Part shown: piece by piece, positions 63,115-64,000 of the stretch
How positions within the stretch are numbered: position 1 is the stretch's first letter
Layout of the letters: each line of letters begins with the position of its first letter
Origin: an uncultured delta proteobacterium
GTDB lineage: Bacteria > Myxococcota_A > Polyangia > Polyangiales > Polyangiaceae
Assembly (NCBI GenBank): GCA_963850305.1
Contig: CAWKKR010000008.1
Coordinates: forward strand, 736,001-800,000
Reading direction: 5' to 3'
Length of the DNA: 64,000 nt
Position numbers and translations under genes: made by a program
The notes under the pieces: generated by a model
Databases searched by the model: none
What the model saw: only the letters and a program-made list of their open reading frames with translations
Told to the model about the DNA's origin: nothing

Positions 63115-64000
63115 ATGGTCGTTCTTCGCACGCTGGCGTTCGTGGTGGTTGCCGGGTTGGCTGTGGGCTTGCCGAGCAAGGTTGTGTACGGTGACGAAGG
63201 GACGTCGCTGAGCTATGCGGCGCCGGACGGATGTCCGTCGCGCGCGGACTTCGTTGCCAGCGTCGAGGCGCGGGGGGCGCGGTTCGACGCGGCGGCTCCG
63301 CTCGCGCGACGGCTCGAGGTGTCGATCGCGAAAGGGAGCGATGGGTTCACGGGGTCGCTCCGCGTGGACGGTGCAGATGGCGGCTCGGGTACGCGTGAGG
63401 TGCACGCTGCCGGGTGCGGAGAGGTGGCAGACGGGCTGTCGGTGGTCGCGGCGATCGCGCTCGGGGCGCACCCCGAGGATGCGAAGCCTCCCGCGGCAAG
63501 CGAGACGAAGCCGTCCGCCCCAGCACCGGCTCCGGCCGTTCCGGAAAGTCCTGGTCGACCGACGTCACCGCCGCGTTCGATGCCCCCCCCAACCGAAGAA
63601 GGCCGTCTGCGCGGAACCAATTTTGGAACGCCCAAGACGTTGGAGGTTCCGGCGGGGACACTGCGCTTCGAGCGCGCACGGAGCTATCAGCTGGCGGCCG
63701 GCGCCACGTACGGCGTGCTGCCCACGGTGATGCCGCGGTTCGATCTGACGCTCTCGATCGCAAACTTCGTCCAGACGCCTTCGCGAGTGAGCACCCTCGT
63801 CGGCAACGTGCTTCAGGTGGCGTGGAGTTTCCTCGGCCCCACGACGTACGAGACAGGCGGGTACTCGACGCGCGCGCTCGGCATCCTCGCGGGGGTGAAC
63901 TCGTGCTCGTCGCCACTCTACGACACGGGAGGGGCAATCATCATGATCTGCGCGGAGTTCCGGGTCGGTGCCGTGGGCCTGGAAACCCACGATGCCAGCG
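63115..64000 (+). CDS. Secreted protein with YAAPDGCP domain, Pro-rich linker and beta-rich region (runs off right edge)
   Basis: Manual translation: MVVLRTLAFVVVAGLAVG...SYAAPDGCPSRADFVASV...REVHAAGCGEVADGLSVVAAIAL; I saw no stop before the edge. Confidence 0.7.
   Translation, partial: MVVLRTLAFVVVAGLAVGLPSKVVYGDEGTSLSYAAPDGCPSRADFVASVEARGARFDAAAPLARRLEVSIAKGSDGFTGSLRVDGADGGSGTREVHAAGCGEVADGLSVVAAIALGAHPEDAKPPAASETKPSAPAPAPAVPESPGRPTSPPRSMPPPTEEGRLRGTNFGTPKTLEVPAGTLRFERARSYQLAAGATYGVLPTVMPRFDLTLSIANFVQTPSRVSTLVGNVLQVAWSFLGPTTYETGGYSTRALGILAGVNSCSSPLYDTGGAIIMICAEFRVGAVGLETHDAS

Overview
A GC-rich bacterial chromosome segment whose gene content points to Myxococcota, probably Polyangiales: many Cys-rich lipoproteins, Ser/Thr kinases and a kinase-TPR-GAF-sigma54 activator fusion. 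Housekeeping genes include prkA, an APC permease, hppA, pntAB/pntB, moaACE, recJ-secF-secD-yajC, tRNA-Val, thrS-infC, tRNA-Ala, pdxA, tldD, class III fbp, tag and zwf. The window also holds a polyprenol-phosphate-sugar/GT-C glycosylation cluster and two insertion sequences (IS481 and IS110 families). The most notable non-genic signals are: (1) a putative ~245-nt sigma54-driven sRNA at 26.76-27.01 kb with three covarying hairpins, each with a C-rich anti-Shine-Dalgarno-like loop; (2) an IS110 whose non-coding end contains guide-like matches to both of its junctions, inserted at a stop codon beside a GTAG...CTAC hairpin that its own end resembles; (3) a family of structured 70-bp tandem arrays between convergent genes. 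Six +1 frameshifts and one in-frame TAG in conserved genes most likely reflect read or assembly error. All family calls come from recognising motifs by eye; no database searches were run.
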